Below are positions 63,061-64,000 of a DNA stretch of 64,000 nucleotides, piece by piece. The stretch is from Lepidodermella squamata. Taxonomy: Eukaryota; Animalia; Gastrotricha. Where the stretch lies: assembly GCA_047495785.1 (NCBI GenBank), contig JBLDXI010000002.1, positions 1,364,001 to 1,428,000 of the forward strand, read 5' to 3'. A program made the translations under genes and the position numbers. A model generated the notes under the pieces. It had not been told where the DNA came from and searched no databases. It worked only from the letters and a program-made list of their open reading frames with translations. The stretch's first letter is position 1, and every line of letters starts with the position of its first letter.

Positions 63061-64000
63061 ATGCTGCTCAACTCGGTAGTAGTTTTAGCCACAACTTTGC
63101 TCGCTGTTACCTGCTCTAGCTCATCAGAACTGAGCAGCCTTCTCGAGCAGGGTATGCGATTGATGGCAGCCGAGGAATGGGACGAGGCGCGGGAGACCTT
63201 CTTACGACTGCTTCAAATTTTCAGCAAACTGCCGTCCATAGAGCAAGATAACTCGATTCTTATGACAATCCTAGACTACCTGCAATACACAGCGTATAAA
63301 TCAAACAAATTCTCACAGGCGTACCAAGTTTGCGAGAAAATTTTAACCGGCGGATTTCATTTAAGCGATGATGACCGCGAAAAGTACAAGTCAAGCCTGG
63401 AAATTTACCGGCAATTCCTCGCGATCGATCGGCAGAAAGAGGCCTTCGAGAAAGACGGCGGGTCTGAACGCGAATTCTGGGAGAAAGGCTACGAGTTATA
63501 CCGGGCGGATAATCTGACAGAGGCGCTAGCAATGTTCAGAGAATCGCATAGAATCTACAACAAAGCAACCGAGCTCGACATCCCGCATATTGTTCAAGAA
63601 ATCGATATTTTAGACTACATTCAATATTTGGCGTTCCGAGTTGGAGATGAGGAAGAAGGCTACGCGGCTTGTGATAGGATTGTTCACGAGCTCGAGATGA
63701 CAGACGAGCAAAAAGCGACTTATGCCGAGACTTTTGCCGACTGCAAAACGAGAATGGGCCAATTCGCAACTCATGCAGTCTCAAAGTTGAACGGGAAACC
63801 CGAGGAGAGGCAAATTCGAACAGCTAAGGTGCTTCTGACTGAAAACGATCACTACAACTTTTGCAGGGACGATGTCGCGAATGAGGCGGCGAGAATTCTG
63901 TCAGCAAATTCGAAACTTTTTTGTAGATTAGACAACCGGCAATTCCACCCTCTCCTTGTCCTAGCTCCTGTTAAGGAAGAATTCCTAAGCCTCGATCCAG
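63061..64000 (+). CDS. P4H-alpha-like gene, 5-prime part (signal peptide, two TPR/PSB modules, start of catalytic region); runs off the window and is absent from the ORF track
   Basis: Manual translation is open from ATG 63061: MLLNSVVVLATTLLAVTC...ILDYLQYTAYK...DGGSEREFWEKG...ILDYIQYLAFRVG...YNFCRDDVANE...LFCRLDNRQFHPLLVLAPVKEEFLSLDP. Confidence 0.88.
   Translation, partial: MLLNSVVVLATTLLAVTCSSSSELSSLLEQGMRLMAAEEWDEARETFLRLLQIFSKLPSIEQDNSILMTILDYLQYTAYKSNKFSQAYQVCEKILTGGFHLSDDDREKYKSSLEIYRQFLAIDRQKEAFEKDGGSEREFWEKGYELYRADNLTEALAMFRESHRIYNKATELDIPHIVQEIDILDYIQYLAFRVGDEEEGYAACDRIVHELEMTDEQKATYAETFADCKTRMGQFATHAVSKLNGKPEERQIRTAKVLLTENDHYNFCRDDVANEAARILSANSKLFCRLDNRQFHPLLVLAPVKEEFLSLDP

Noticed and set aside
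1-64000. tRNA, rRNA, snRNA or SL RNA genes
   Set aside because: None recognised by eye; a covariance-model scan would be needed to exclude them.

Overview
Eukaryotic (invertebrate animal) genomic DNA with GT-AG introns, many only about 50-60 nt, and no visible CpG depletion. A protocadherin argues against an insect or nematode, but the taxon cannot be fixed from sequence alone. An 8.4-kb non-coding region precedes a protocadherin. Next come a DUF229 gene, an acidic disordered protein ending in an RLGLSR motif, JTB, iPLA2-beta (PLA2G6, with transposon remnants in its introns), a truncated Siah-type RING gene and an uncharacterised multipass membrane protein. A tightly packed minus-strand run TRMT2A > C2H2 ZnF > PGAP2 > PGAP2 > MRPS18B looks like a trans-spliced operon and is followed by a Ser/basic low-complexity gene. 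The last 14 kb hold the two most striking items. (1) A tandem cluster of five prolyl 4-hydroxylase alpha-derived genes with four different domain architectures, two of them non-catalytic. (2) Nested inside it on the opposite strand, a NEK-like pseudokinase apparently spliced to 25 near-identical ankyrin repeats that vary almost only at the DARPin binding positions and are shuffled combinatorially, a candidate diversifying recognition receptor. All gene models were built by hand from ORFs and splice signals, without transcript or database support.
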